NCBI GenBank assembly: GCA_965248065.1
Contig: OZ252088.1
Location: 1,292,773 to 1,356,772, forward strand
Length of the DNA stretch: 64,000 nt
Source: Dehalococcoidia bacterium
GTDB taxonomy: Bacteria > Chloroflexota > Dehalococcoidia > Lucifugimonadales > Australimonadaceae
Direction of reading: 5' to 3'
Under the pieces are notes generated by a model. That model did not search any database. It worked only from the letters and a program-made list of their open reading frames with translations, and was not told the DNA's origin. Shown here in pieces: positions 34,986-44,557 of this stretch. Every line of letters starts with the position of its first letter. Position 1 is the stretch's first letter. A program made the position numbers and the translations under genes.

Positions 34986-36671
34986 TCAGTCCGCTAGGGC
35001 CTCCGCCACTTCCGCCTCGGTGAGGCCGTAGACCGACATCGCCTTCTTTGGGCTGATGAGGCCGTCTTGGATGTCGCCTTTGACGAGATCGTGGTCTCGG
35101 TCGCGGGGGTCGAGGACGCCGCCGCCGCCGCCGGTCTGGATGCTGAAGACGTCGCCGGGCTTGAGGCCGATGTTCGACGCGATGCCCGGGTAACGCTCCT
35201 CGTTCTCCGTACCCGGATGCACGACGACGTAGGCGTTGACGCCGTGGCCGCCGCCGTCGGCGCCGGAGGCTTCGCGCTTCGCCGCGCCGCCGGAGAGCCT
35301 GCTGTTCGAGCGGACCTTGTACTCGCGGACGTAGCCGACCCCGCCGCGGGACTTGCCGTCGCCTCCGGTGTCGGGGATGACCTCGAACTTGGCGACGTCC
35401 ACGGGGAACTCGGACTCGATGATCTCGACGCTGGTGAAGCGTCCGCCGCTGGCCCTGGCGCCGACGCCGCTGAAGCCGTCGCCGCCGTCCCAAGCGCGAG
35501 CGCCCGCGTACATGAGCTCGTACTGCACGTACTGACGGTCGCTGTCGCCCTGGTAGCCGATGACGATGGAGCTCTGGGTGGAGCCGTGGGCAAGGGCGGG
35601 CCGACCGGCCGCCTTGGCCATCGCCGACATGATGACGCTCTCGGCGATGGAGACGGTCTTGGAGTAGAAGCCGACGGGCCCAGGGAACTCGGGCGCGATG
35701 ATGCTGCCCTTCCTGAAGCGGCACTCGATGGCGCTGCCGAGGCCGTGGTTGATGGGCAGGTACGGGTCTGTCATGGCGATGACGCCGTGGTAGACGAGGC
35801 CGCGGATGAACGGCTCGCGGACGTTGATGGGCGCGGCGGCCTGGTCGCCCGTCTGGGTGAAGTCCATGATCAGCCGGTCGCCCTCCTTGATGGCGGAGAC
35901 GTGCAGCCTGATGGGCTTGCCGGGGTTGGAAGGGTCGTCGACCCAGGTCTCGGACTCGTGGACGCCGTCGGCCCACTGGGCGATGTAGTCGCGCGCCTGC
36001 TGCTCCGTTCGCTCGCCGAGGTCGTCGAACATCTGGCGCATCGTGTCGGCGCCGTAGGTCTGGATGGCGTCCTTGACGCGCTCCTCGCCGATGGAGAAGC
36101 AGACGCCAGCCTTGGCGGTGAGGTCGCCAATCATCATTTCGGGAACGCGGCTGTTGGCGCGGACGAACGAGGCGGTGTCCTGCACGAGCTCGTAGTTGCG
36201 CATGTAGCGGACCGGCATGATCTGCAGGCCCTCGCCGAAGATGTCGCGGGAGGTCGCGTTGCGGCTGCCGGCGGCGACGCCGCCGATGTCGGGCGTGTGC
36301 CCCATGCTCGCGGCGAAGGCGATGACCTCGCCCTCGTGGAAGATAGGGGTGATGATCACCATGTCGTTGGCGTGGGGGCAGCCACTGTAGTAAGGATGGT
36401 TGGCGAGGAAGGCGTCGCCCTCCGCCATGTCATCGTGGCTATAGAACTGCAGCAGCCCTTTGATGGACTCCGGGTAGGCCGCCATGTGCGACGGGTGGTT
36501 GGACTGGCCCACCAGCCGTCCCTGGCGGTCGAGCACGCCGCAGCTGAAGTCGTGCGACTCGCGGACGATGGTTGAGAAGCCGGTGCGGAACACCGCCTTT
36601 TCCATCTCGCGGACGATGCCGTCGAGCCTGGCCCTCAGGACCTCGTAGGTGATTGGGTCGACGTGCGCCAT
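34986..36671 (-). CDS. hydantoinase B / oxoprolinase family subunit
   Basis: 561 aa. MAHVDPITYEVLRARLDGIVREME... and the HyuB-type pattern throughout. Paired with HyuA upstream. Confidence 0.9.
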   Translation of the reverse strand: MAHVDPITYEVLRARLDGIVREMEKAVFRTGFSTIVRESHDFSCGVLDRQGRLVGQSNHPSHMAAYPESIKGLLQFYSHDDMAEGDAFLANHPYYSGCPHANDMVIITPIFHEGEVIAFAASMGHTPDIGGVAAGSRNATSRDIFGEGLQIMPVRYMRNYELVQDTASFVRANSRVPEMMIGDLTAKAGVCFSIGEERVKDAIQTYGADTMRQMFDDLGERTEQQARDYIAQWADGVHESETWVDDPSNPGKPIRLHVSAIKEGDRLIMDFTQTGDQAAAPINVREPFIRGLVYHGVIAMTDPYLPINHGLGSAIECRFRKGSIIAPEFPGPVGFYSKTVSIAESVIMSAMAKAAGRPALAHGSTQSSIVIGYQGDSDRQYVQYELMYAGARAWDGGDGFSGVGARASGGRFTSVEIIESEFPVDVAKFEVIPDTGGDGKSRGGVGYVREYKVRSNSRLSGGAAKREASGADGGGHGVNAYVVVHPGTENEERYPGIASNIGLKPGDVFSIQTGGGGGVLDPRDRDHDLVKGDIQDGLISPKKAMSVYGLTEAEVAEALAD

Positions 36672-36682
36672 GGCGTGCTCCT

Positions 36683-38737
36683 TTATGCGATGTCGATGAT
36701 GATGTTCAGGTAGTCGTCGACGAGGGCGCGCTGCCCAGGATAGACGACCGTCGTCGAGTCCAACTGGTCAACGATGGCGGGGCCGTCGAAGCGGTGGCCG
36801 GGTTCGAGGAGGTCGCGGTCGTAGACGGGGCAGGGGGCGAGTCCGGTTGGGCTGTCGAAGCAGACCATTCGCTCGCCGGTCCGGGCCGCGTCCGACGTGG
36901 TCTTGGCGCGGTCGCGCTTCTTGAGCGAGGCTTTCGCGACGACCGCAGAGGCGCGGAGCCGGTAGTTCACGGCCTCCGCGTCCTCGTCGGGCGCCGCGTG
37001 GCCGAACATCTGCTCATGGGTGGCGTCGAAGCGCGTCCGCGCCGCCGAGACGTCCTGCTGGGAGACCGCGCTGTCGGAGCCTAGCGGGATGGTCAGCTCG
37101 TACCCCTGGCCGAGATAGCGGATGTCGATGCTGAACTCCAGCCTGAGCTGGTCGAGGGAGTAGCCCTCGGCGGTGAACTCGCGCTCGGCCTGGGCGCGCA
37201 GGTCGCGCATCAGCTCGCTGAGCTCCTCGGCCTTCAGCTCCGACACCGCCCGCAGCCGTGACCTGACGTAGTCGCGGCGCGGGTCGGCCATGAGCAGGCC
37301 AAGCGCGGACGTCACGCCCGGCGCCGGAGGGACGACCACCTTGGGCATCTTGAGGTCAGCCGCCAGCCGTCCTGAAGGCGCGGGACCGGCTCCGCCGAAC
37401 GCCACCAGCACGAAGTCCCGCAGGTCGTAGCCCTGCTCCGTGGAGACGGCTCGGATGCCCTCCTCCATCTTTGCGTTGATGATGCGGATGATTCCCTCGG
37501 CCGTCTCCAGTGTGCCGAGGCCGAGGCGCTTGCCCATCTCCTCGATGGCTCGCTCCGCTCCGTCCTTGTCGAGGGCGACCCGGCCCGCGAGCTTGGACTC
37601 GGCGTTGAGGAAACCGAGCACCAGATTAGCGTCAGTGACCGTCGGCTGGGAGCCGCCCTTGCCGTAGGACACGGGACCGGGGTCAGCCCCGGCGCTCTCA
37701 GGCCCGACGCGCAGGCCGCCGCCGGACTCGACCGTCGCGATGGTCCCGCCGCCCGCGCCGATGGTGTTGATCATCAGCATCGGCACGGCCAGCTCCCAGT
37801 CGCCGATTCGCCCGGTCGTCGTTTCGAGGACGCGGCCCCCCTGTCCCAGGGCGATGTCCGTGCTGGTCCCGCCCATGTCGAGCGAAACGGCGTTCTCGAA
37901 CCCGGCGGTCAACGCGACCTGCATCCCGGCCATCGCGCCGGCGCAAGGGCCGGAGAGCACCGTGGTGACCGGCGTGACGGTCCCGATGCGCGCGACTCCG
38001 CCGTTGCTCTGCATGACGTAGAGCGCGTCGCTCGTGACCTTCCGCTCGCGGATGCGCTGTTCGAGGGCGTCGAGGTACGCGACCATCATGGGGGCGATGT
38101 AGGCGTTGGCCACCGTGGTGCTGAGGCGCGGGAACTCCCGCATCTGCGGCAGGACTTTCGACGATAGCGAGACTGTGGCGTTCGGCAGCTCCCGCGCGAT
38201 GATTTCGGCGATGCGGTCCTCGTGCCGCGAGTTCAGGAACGAGAAGAGGAGGACGACGGCGATCGATTCGATGCCGCGCCGTCCGAGGGACCGGACGGCC
38301 TCCACGGCCGCCGCCTCGTCCAAAGCGGCGACCACCTCGCCCTTGTGGTTCACGCGCTCCTTCGCTTCCCGGCGGAACCTCGGCTGCACGGGCGGATTCT
38401 TCTCCACGTACACGCTCGTCGCCCTGCTCGAGTCCTCGCTCGGAGCGAGGTGCCACACGTCGTTGATCCCTCCAAACCCTTCGGTAACGAAGAGTCCGAC
38501 GCGTGCGCCGGAGCCGGTCAGCAAGGCGTTCGTGCCGACCGTCGTTCCATGCGACAGGGAGAGCACCTCAGCGGGAGAAAGGCTATCCCCGAACACCTCG
38601 GCCAGTCCGTCGAGGATGGCCTGCCCAGGGTCCGACGGGGTCGAAGGGAGCTTGGTCACGGACAGCGCGCCCGTATCTTGGTCGAGCACGACCATGTCGG
38701 TGAATGTCCCCCCGGTGTCTACTGCGATAGCCTTCAT
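36683..38737 (-). CDS. hydantoinase A / oxoprolinase family subunit
   Basis: 684 aa. IAVDTGGTFTDMVV ATPase start, LSGPCAGAMAG, DMGGTSTDIAL. Confidence 0.9.
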   Translation of the reverse strand: MKAIAVDTGGTFTDMVVLDQDTGALSVTKLPSTPSDPGQAILDGLAEVFGDSLSPAEVLSLSHGTTVGTNALLTGSGARVGLFVTEGFGGINDVWHLAPSEDSSRATSVYVEKNPPVQPRFRREAKERVNHKGEVVAALDEAAAVEAVRSLGRRGIESIAVVLLFSFLNSRHEDRIAEIIARELPNATVSLSSKVLPQMREFPRLSTTVANAYIAPMMVAYLDALEQRIRERKVTSDALYVMQSNGGVARIGTVTPVTTVLSGPCAGAMAGMQVALTAGFENAVSLDMGGTSTDIALGQGGRVLETTTGRIGDWELAVPMLMINTIGAGGGTIATVESGGGLRVGPESAGADPGPVSYGKGGSQPTVTDANLVLGFLNAESKLAGRVALDKDGAERAIEEMGKRLGLGTLETAEGIIRIINAKMEEGIRAVSTEQGYDLRDFVLVAFGGAGPAPSGRLAADLKMPKVVVPPAPGVTSALGLLMADPRRDYVRSRLRAVSELKAEELSELMRDLRAQAEREFTAEGYSLDQLRLEFSIDIRYLGQGYELTIPLGSDSAVSQQDVSAARTRFDATHEQMFGHAAPDEDAEAVNYRLRASAVVAKASLKKRDRAKTTSDAARTGERMVCFDSPTGLAPCPVYDRDLLEPGHRFDGPAIVDQLDSTTVVYPGQRALVDDYLNIIIDIA

Positions 38738-38769
38738 GCCCCTCCCTGTTCGCTCGGTCCATTCGCCCC

Positions 38770-39170
38770 GAGCCTTAGAGGGGCGAAACGCGCGCCATTA
38801 TAGGCGGCTCTGCCCTGTACTGCCCTCCCTCTTCAGTCCTTCCCGCAGACGGGACCCTCTCAGTTTCCTCCGCAGACGAGACCTTTGCGCAACTCCATAG
38901 TTGGGGCGGGCGGGCCTGAGCTGGGGGCGGCGCCCCGGTGAGACCGGAATCGGCTCCGGTCCGATGCATCGCACGACCGCAGGGCCTTGGTTTGTCCGAA
39001 GATGTCTTACCCGTCTCACTCGTAACTTTCCCCGACCTACGAGTGCGCGGGGACTGCCTCTCGCAAAAAGTGCGCCATTTGGTCTCATTTACTCCTGGCG
39101 AGACCACCCCTAGCCCCTCCTTGGTAAGGAGGGGAACAGGCGTAAGGCAGCCCCGGTCTGCGGGTGGGGT
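38770..39170. repeat. composite non-coding repeat region (REP hairpin, half MITE end)
   Basis: CCTTCCCGCAGACGGGACCC hairpin, then CGCAGACGAGACCTTTGCGCAA (MITE left TIR without a partner). No credible ORF. Confidence 0.5.
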
Positions 39171-39417
39171 GAGCGCCGATTTTTCAGAAACTGTCGCATT
39201 TTCATAGCTTTTACTCGTGTTTGGGGGGTTCGGGCGCGACAGTTCCGCGCCGGTTTGCGACAGCGAATGCGACACTTTGCGACAGTAATGCGACACAATG
39301 CGACACTTTGCGACAGGTGGCTCGCGGGGGCATCGGAGGGGCGAGCGTGCAGGGTGGTTGGGCCATGGGAGACAGGGTAGGGAACGAGGGGCCGTCTGCG
39401 CAACGGGCAAATGTCAC
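39171..39417 (+). repeat. GCGACA-iteron element, copy C
   Basis: GAGCGCCGATTTTTCAGAAACTGTCGCATTTT ... TTTGCGACAGCGAATGCGACACTTTGCGACAGTAATGCGACACAATGCGACACTTTGCGACAGG ... CCGTCTGCGCAACGGGCAAATGTCAC. Confidence 0.8.
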
Positions 39418-39581
39418 TATGGAGACGTGGGATACCTGGGTTCCCGCCTGCGCGGGAATGACGGAAGGGAGCGCGGGATGACGGGAAGGTGGCGGGGTGC
39501 TGACGGCGGGCGGACGTTTCTCCCTCACCCACGCTGCGCGCGACCTCTCCCGCTGTGAGAGGTCGGAGGGGCTAGGTTCCC
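39418..39581. repeat. REP cluster abutting IS30 copy 3
   Basis: GGGTTCCCGCCTGCGCGGGAATGACGG (~39437-39463). Hairpin CCTCTCCCGCTGTGAGAGGTCGGAGGGG. Confidence 0.7.
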
Positions 39582-40606
39582 TGAATCCACAAACGAAGTG
39601 CAACACCAGATTAGGGTGTTGCCATGGAATACAGACAGCTCTGCATTGAGGAACGGTGTGAGATTGCCCGCTTACGCGCCAAGGGCTCCTCGGTCCGGCA
39701 AGTCGCTACAACTCTGGATCGCGCGGCATCGACCGTGGCTCGGGAGCTGAAGCGGAACGCACTGCGAACGGACGGGTACCAAGCGTCGCCGGCCCAGGAG
39801 CGTGCCCGCGCGCGGCGCTGGACGGGGGCGCGGCTGGAACGGGACGAGGGGTTGCGGGAGCGGGTCTTGGCGGGCCTGAAGTGGGGGTGGTCGCCGGAGC
39901 AGGTCGCCCATGAGATGCGCAGAGAGGAGGGCCGGACGGTGACCTCGGACGAGAGCATCTACCGGTTCGTCTACGCCCAGGCCGCGCGGCACAAAGACCA
40001 TGATTGGCGGCGCTACTTGCCGAGGGCGAAGTGGAAGCGGGGGAGGCGGGGCCGCAGGGGGGGGAAGCTCGGTTTCCTTCATCCCCCTCCGGAGGGCGCT
40101 CTCGGAACGGCCTGCGGTGGCGGCCGACCGGCGGACCTTCGGGCACTGGGAGGCGGACACGATGCAGTTCGGGAGGTCGGGAGAGGTGGTGTTGGCCCTG
40201 CAGGAACGCTCCTCGCGCCTCTTGCTCCTCGCGCGTGCGCCGTCGAAGGAGGCGGGGCCGATCGCGGAGTCCATCGCCCGGATGCTGGGGCCGTTGCCGC
40301 CGGAGTTTCGCCAGACGGTGACCTTCGACAATGGGACCGAGTTCACCCGTCACTACGAGCTTCACCGGTTGGGCATCGAGACGTTCTTCTGCGACACGTA
40401 CTCGCCGTGGCAGAAGGGGGGAGTGGAGAACGCGATCGGCCGGCTGCGGCGGTTCCTGCCGCGGGGGACGAATCTGGGGGAGGTGTCGGATGAGCGGTTT
40501 GCGCTGATCGGGCAGGCGTACAACAATACGCCGCGCAAGTGCCTGGGCTACCGGACACCGGCGGGGGTCGTCGAGGAGCAGGTGTTGCACTTCAAATGTG
40601 GATTCA
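39582..40606 (+). mobile_element. IS30-family insertion sequence, copy 3 (1025 bp)
   Basis: Same IRs; left flank GGTTCCC, right flank CCTTCCCGGCTGCGCGGGGATGACGG. Confidence 0.9.
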
Positions 40607-40629
40607 CCTTCCCGGCTGCGCGGGGATGA
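39624..40629 (+). pseudogene. IS30 transposase, frameshifted (+1 G in a G run)
   Basis: Track ORFs 39624..40493 and 40000..40629. G8 at 40057-40064 where copies 1 and 2 have G7. Also a short substitution patch (PLRRALSERP vs PLRRPVAERP). Confidence 0.85.
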
Positions 40630-40642
40630 CGGAAGGGGTAGA

Positions 40643-41068
40643 TCAGAGAGGGTTGCGCCAGCGGAGGCCGGGGAAGCGGCTGAAGTCGGCGTCGTTGGAC
40701 TGGACCTCAGCCTGATGCTCCATGGCAAGAGCGGCGATGTGGCAGTCGGTCACCAGATTAGCGCCGACTCCTGCGGCGGCGAGGTTTCGCCGGAAGTAGG
40801 TCAGGTGGTCCGCTCCGGGATTTATCGGGGCGACGTGGGGGAACTCGAACCACCGGCGCACGTAGCCGACCGCCTCCTCGGGGGTCGCCGGGCGGGCGAG
40901 CGCTCTGGGGTGAGTCATCAGCCTTACGAAGCCCGTCGACACTACCCACGGCACTCCGATTCTCTCTGCGCCGTTGACCAGGCCTTCCCACCAGCGCCTG
41001 GCGGAGTCGTGCAAGGGCGTCCCGTCGTTATGGGCGTAGATGAGCAGATTGAGGTCAGGGACGATCAC
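40643..41068 (-). CDS. vapC: PIN-domain ribonuclease toxin VapC
   Basis: 141 aa. MIVPDLNLLIYA start, conserved acidic residues (D5, E, D near TDCHIAALA, D in SNDADF). 4-nt overlap with the upstream antitoxin gene. Confidence 0.85.
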   Translation of the reverse strand: MIVPDLNLLIYAHNDGTPLHDSARRWWEGLVNGAERIGVPWVVSTGFVRLMTHPRALARPATPEEAVGYVRRWFEFPHVAPINPGADHLTYFRRNLAAAGVGANLVTDCHIAALAMEHQAEVQSNDADFSRFPGLRWRNPL

Positions 41069-41322
41069 CGCGCGCTTGGCCCGGCGAAGTCCTCGGCCTC
41101 CAACTGATCGACGAGCTGGTTCAGCTTCAACGGGTCTACGCCTGGGGCGAACCCGCTGCGGTTCGGGACAACCCGGTATTCGGCGGCCGGCTCTCTCACG
41201 GCAGGCGACATCCCGCGGCGCAGAACGTCGTTCACCACTTGCTTGAAGGGCTTTTCGAGCAGCCGCGCCCGCTCCTTCAGCGAGTCGGCGATGTCGTCGT
41301 CCAAGGTCAGTGTAGTTCTCAT
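41065..41322 (-). CDS. vapB: VapB-type antitoxin
   Basis: MRTTLTLDDDIADSLKERARL... is a typical VapB N-terminus. Start at ATG 41322 preferred; the track start 41343 adds MMHHDAS. Confidence 0.75.
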   Translation of the reverse strand: MRTTLTLDDDIADSLKERARLLEKPFKQVVNDVLRRGMSPAVREPAAEYRVVPNRSGFAPGVDPLKLNQLVDQLEAEDFAGPSAR

Positions 41323-41373
41323 TGAAGCATCATGATGCATCATAGAATTGATGTCAAGATGCGCGCCGGGAGC

Positions 41374-42780
41374 TTAGGCATCACCGGGCCCCATAGCGGC
41401 GATGACCTGTGAGGCGGCGGCCTCTTCTTCAAATGCCCATAGCCGCGACAGCAGGGCGTCAATCTGCTCCTCGGGCAATGCGCCCGCGGCGAGAGACCGG
41501 AACTTGGCCTCGACCTCGCCGTCCGAGAGCGGGTTCGCGGCGTTGCCCTTCGCGTTCTCAATTTCCGTCAGGTACGTCTCGCCGCCTACGATGGCCTCGA
41601 TGCGCGCCGCTTGGGCGCCGGGGAAGCGACTGCTCATGGCCGGGTCCTCGGTCACTTCGATTCGCGTCATCAGCTCTTGTGCCGCGGGGTCGGCGATGCG
41701 CTCGTCCGTGAACTGTCGCGCCGTGACCTCGCCGTCGAGGAGCGCGACGGCGACGAGGTAGGGGATGGAATGATCAGCCGTCTCACGGTCGCGCACGCGC
41801 CATTTCTCGGGGTCGGCCGAGCTCGTGATTGCCTGCCGGTAGCTGCGGACAGCGATCCTATCGATCCTGTCGATCCTGTCCGGCCTGTCCGGCCTTTCCG
41901 GCTGCGCGCCTCCGAGCTGCTCCCGCAGCCCGAGCGCCGCCCAGATCGCCGCCTGCGCGTTGAACTGCGCGGGGAACGCCTTGATGCTCGTCAAGTCGGT
42001 ATGGAACGGATGCGACGGCCCGCCCAGCGAGGGCAGGGGCGTCCGTTCGCCGAGTATCCCCGCAAGCCCGCTGTCGGCGTAGAACGCTTCGTCGGGCCCT
42101 GTCATGCCCTTCTCCGCAAGCCTGGCCGCGAACACGCCGGCCTGCGCCGAGTTGGCGGCGGAACCCGCCTTCCACATCGACAGCCGGCCGTCGCGGGCAA
42201 TCCGCAACCCAAGGTTCGCGGTGAGCGCGATGGAGATGGCGTGCCCGGTGCGCTCGGCGTCCAGCCCAAGCGCCTTCGACGCGCCCGCCGCCGACCCGAT
42301 GGCGACGTGCAGCGAATGGTCGATCAGCTTAGCCGACGGCTTCTGCACCTCGCCGAGCCCGCAGAACACTTCGTATGCGGCGACCATCGCAACGAGGGCG
42401 TCCCGCCCGCTCAGCCCGAGCGCGTCCGACAGCGTCAGGGTCGCCGCGATGGTGTCGCTGGGGTGGCCGCCCTCGAACGCGAAGTAGGTGTCGTTGAAGT
42501 CGAGGTAGCGGACCATCAGCTCGTTGGTGAAAACGGCAAGCTCCGGCGTAGTGCGCTCGCCGGTGAGCCACACGCGCGCCGGCGTCGTGGCGGACGCCTC
42601 CCGCGCCAAGGCCCGGCCGAGCGCCACGGGCGGTCCATCCCGTCCGCCGATGGCGCACCCGATGGTGTCGACCAGCCGGACCTTCATTCCGTGCGCCGCC
42701 CGCGCGGGGATGTCGTCATAAGTCAGCCCGGCGACGTAGGCGCTGAGGTGCTCGGTCAACGCGTCCATGGCGCCGGGCAT
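41374..42780 (-). CDS. MmgE/PrpD family protein (2-methylcitrate dehydratase-like)
   Basis: YDDIPARAAHGMKVRLVDTIGCAIGG, LDFNDTYF, HPSD. Start ATG 42780 (or 42768). The track start 42888 would overlap the neighbouring gene. Contains an in-frame 9-bp x5 repeat (ERPDRPDRIDRIDRI). Confidence 0.8.
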   Translation of the reverse strand: MPGAMDALTEHLSAYVAGLTYDDIPARAAHGMKVRLVDTIGCAIGGRDGPPVALGRALAREASATTPARVWLTGERTTPELAVFTNELMVRYLDFNDTYFAFEGGHPSDTIAATLTLSDALGLSGRDALVAMVAAYEVFCGLGEVQKPSAKLIDHSLHVAIGSAAGASKALGLDAERTGHAISIALTANLGLRIARDGRLSMWKAGSAANSAQAGVFAARLAEKGMTGPDEAFYADSGLAGILGERTPLPSLGGPSHPFHTDLTSIKAFPAQFNAQAAIWAALGLREQLGGAQPERPDRPDRIDRIDRIAVRSYRQAITSSADPEKWRVRDRETADHSIPYLVAVALLDGEVTARQFTDERIADPAAQELMTRIEVTEDPAMSSRFPGAQAARIEAIVGGETYLTEIENAKGNAANPLSDGEVEAKFRSLAAGALPEEQIDALLSRLWAFEEEAAASQVIAAMGPGDA

Positions 42781-42814
42781 CGTATCAGGCGTTTGCACGC
42801 CTTGGGCTGCGGAG

Positions 42815-43912
42815 TTACGCGGCTGCTTCCACCCACGCGAACCGCTCTTTGAGGTCTGCCATCCTCGAGTAGGGCAGTAGACGCTCACGGTGAAGCCTTC
42901 CGACGACGATGCCGGGCGCGACGCCCGCCTCAGCCGCGAACCTCTTGATTGCGTCTCGCGTAAAGCCGCCCATGCTCGCGAACCCTCGCCACATGTCGGC
43001 GTTGATAAGGAAGTCGCCCGCCCAGTGGTTCGCCTCGTCTTCGATTGCCGCGTCGCTGCTGATGCCTTCGCCGTCTACGATGATGCTCCGGCCTTTGTTG
43101 TGCTTGAGCAGGTGAGCTACTTCGTGAAAAAGCGTGAACCAGAAGATGTCCGCCCACTTATAGCGCAGATTCAGCTGAATGAGCGCCTTGCTGGGGGCGA
43201 GGCGGCGCGCCACGCCGTTCGCGCCTGTCTTGGGCAGCTCGGGGACGATAACGAATGCGACGCCCGCATCCGCGAACAGGAGCTTCAGGCGAGGGACGAA
43301 CACGTCAGGGTTCGTGATGGTCAGCGCGCGGGCCTCCAATGCCGCTTCATAGAGGCGGTCCGTGTTGAAATCGCGCGTCTCCATGACCCTTGCCTCGGTT
43401 TCTCCCTTGCGGAGCCAGGCGGCGAGCGCCCCCGCGGACACTGTTGCCTTCTCGGTGAAGCGGAAACCGACGATGGGCGTCCGCCTGCGGTAGGCGGAGA
43501 CATTGGCCACGCCGAAGAAGCGCAAGATTTCTCGCACTTGCTCTTCCTTGTCCCGCGCCTTCGAGACCCAGCCGAACTTTGCCATCGCGTTGATGGGGAG
43601 TTCGGTGAGCCAGGCCTGGGCCGAGCGGAGCTGCTCGCGTTCGCGATTGCGGGCAAGGGTCATCCGGTACGTAGATTCCAGCCCTGCCCACACATGCGCG
43701 CCGATGCCTAGAACACGCTCCAGCTCCAACGCCGTCTCTTGGGTTATCGCCTTCTTGGCGTTGATGATTTCGTTCACCACCTGCACCGGCCGATCGAGGG
43801 CGGACGCCAGGTCCTTCTGGCTCATCCCCAGCGCTTCTATCTCCTCGCTGAGGACCTCGCCGGGGGGAACAGGGAGGTCGGACCAGGTTCTCTCTGCCTT
43901 CGGGCTAGTCAT
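42815..43912 (-). CDS. HigA-like XRE HTH antitoxin fused to an ImmA/IrrE-type metallopeptidase domain
   Basis: N-terminus PGEVLSEEIEALGMSQKDLASALDRPVQVVNEIINAKKAIT (HigA HTH). C-terminus FTLFHEVAHLLKH (HExxH, DUF955/ImmA-like). 8-nt overlap with higB. Confidence 0.75.
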   Translation of the reverse strand: MTSPKAERTWSDLPVPPGEVLSEEIEALGMSQKDLASALDRPVQVVNEIINAKKAITQETALELERVLGIGAHVWAGLESTYRMTLARNREREQLRSAQAWLTELPINAMAKFGWVSKARDKEEQVREILRFFGVANVSAYRRRTPIVGFRFTEKATVSAGALAAWLRKGETEARVMETRDFNTDRLYEAALEARALTITNPDVFVPRLKLLFADAGVAFVIVPELPKTGANGVARRLAPSKALIQLNLRYKWADIFWFTLFHEVAHLLKHNKGRSIIVDGEGISSDAAIEDEANHWAGDFLINADMWRGFASMGGFTRDAIKRFAAEAGVAPGIVVGRLHRERLLPYSRMADLKERFAWVEAAA

Positions 43913-44201
43913 AATGATTACTCACCTCCTCCACAGTGACGGCGCCGTCTGTCCCGCTCATGGTTACGATTAGGCGCCACTGGCCTGTGAGATTGATGGC
44001 GTACTGCCCGGCGCGCCCGCCCTTAAGTGGGTGTGTTCGCCATGAGGGTTGCCGAAAGACTTCAGAGAAGTCCCGCATCTCATAGAGCGTCGCGACGCGG
44101 CGAATGTATCGCCGTCCGACTTCCGCGCCCCATGTCCGGATAGCCTGGGCCGAGTCCTCATAGCAACGGCGCATCTTGTTGGAGCGGAACGCAACTTCCA
44201 C
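43905..44201 (-). CDS. higB: HigB-like (RelE/ParE superfamily, plasmid-killer type) toxin
   Basis: 98 aa. ...HPLKGGRAGQYAINLTGQWRLIV...VEEVSNHYD matches the HigB pattern (hpLkGdr.GqySIrIn.qwRl.f...i.DYH). GTG start. Confidence 0.75.
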   Translation of the reverse strand: MEVAFRSNKMRRCYEDSAQAIRTWGAEVGRRYIRRVATLYEMRDFSEVFRQPSWRTHPLKGGRAGQYAINLTGQWRLIVTMSGTDGAVTVEEVSNHYD

Positions 44202-44416
44202 CTATCACCCTATCACTGAATGATAGAGAGGAATGTCGGAAAGTCAATCCTTGCCGTCCTCACCCCCCGTCGGCCGCTGCACACTCAGCGCGAGGGTCGC
44301 GAGGCCTAGGCCCACGCCTAGGCGGCTGCCTCGCCATGATGACTACGCTGGCGGGGGCCGCCCAGGTCGCTGCTGAAGTTACGCAAAGGTCTTGCGGGGG
44401 CGGACAAGCATCTTCT

Positions 44417-44503
44417 TGGTGCCGAGGGTGGGACTCGAACCCACACGTCCGGGGAGGACAGCGGATTTTAAGTCCGCGGCGTCTGCCATTCCGCCACCTC
44501 GGC
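44417..44503 (-). tRNA. tRNA-Leu (anticodon UAA), class II with long variable arm, CCA encoded
   Basis: Minus strand reads GCCGAGG-TG-GCGGAATGGCAGACGC-CGCGGA-CTTAAAA-TCCGC-TGTCCTCCCCGGACGT-GTGGG-TTCGAGT-CCCAC-CCTCGGC-ACCA. 7-bp acceptor, 5-bp T stem, anticodon loop CU-UAA-AA. Confidence 0.9.
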
Positions 44504-44557
44504 CCGCACCGATTATAAGCCGCCCCCTGATGCGCCGCGCCGCGCTAAGATGGGGCC

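Noticed and set aside
40606-44417. A tRNA-Leu-targeted genomic island comprising IS30, vapBC, PrpD and higBA.
   Set aside because: There is no integrase and no direct repeat of the tRNA 3' end. The PrpD gene has the same high-GC character as the core genes. The region is better described as scattered TA and IS insertions.
44417-44503. The tRNA next to selA might be tRNA-Sec (selC).
   Set aside because: The anticodon loop reads CTTAAAA (anticodon UAA = Leu). The acceptor and T stems are 7/5 bp, not the 8/5 of bacterial tRNA-Sec.
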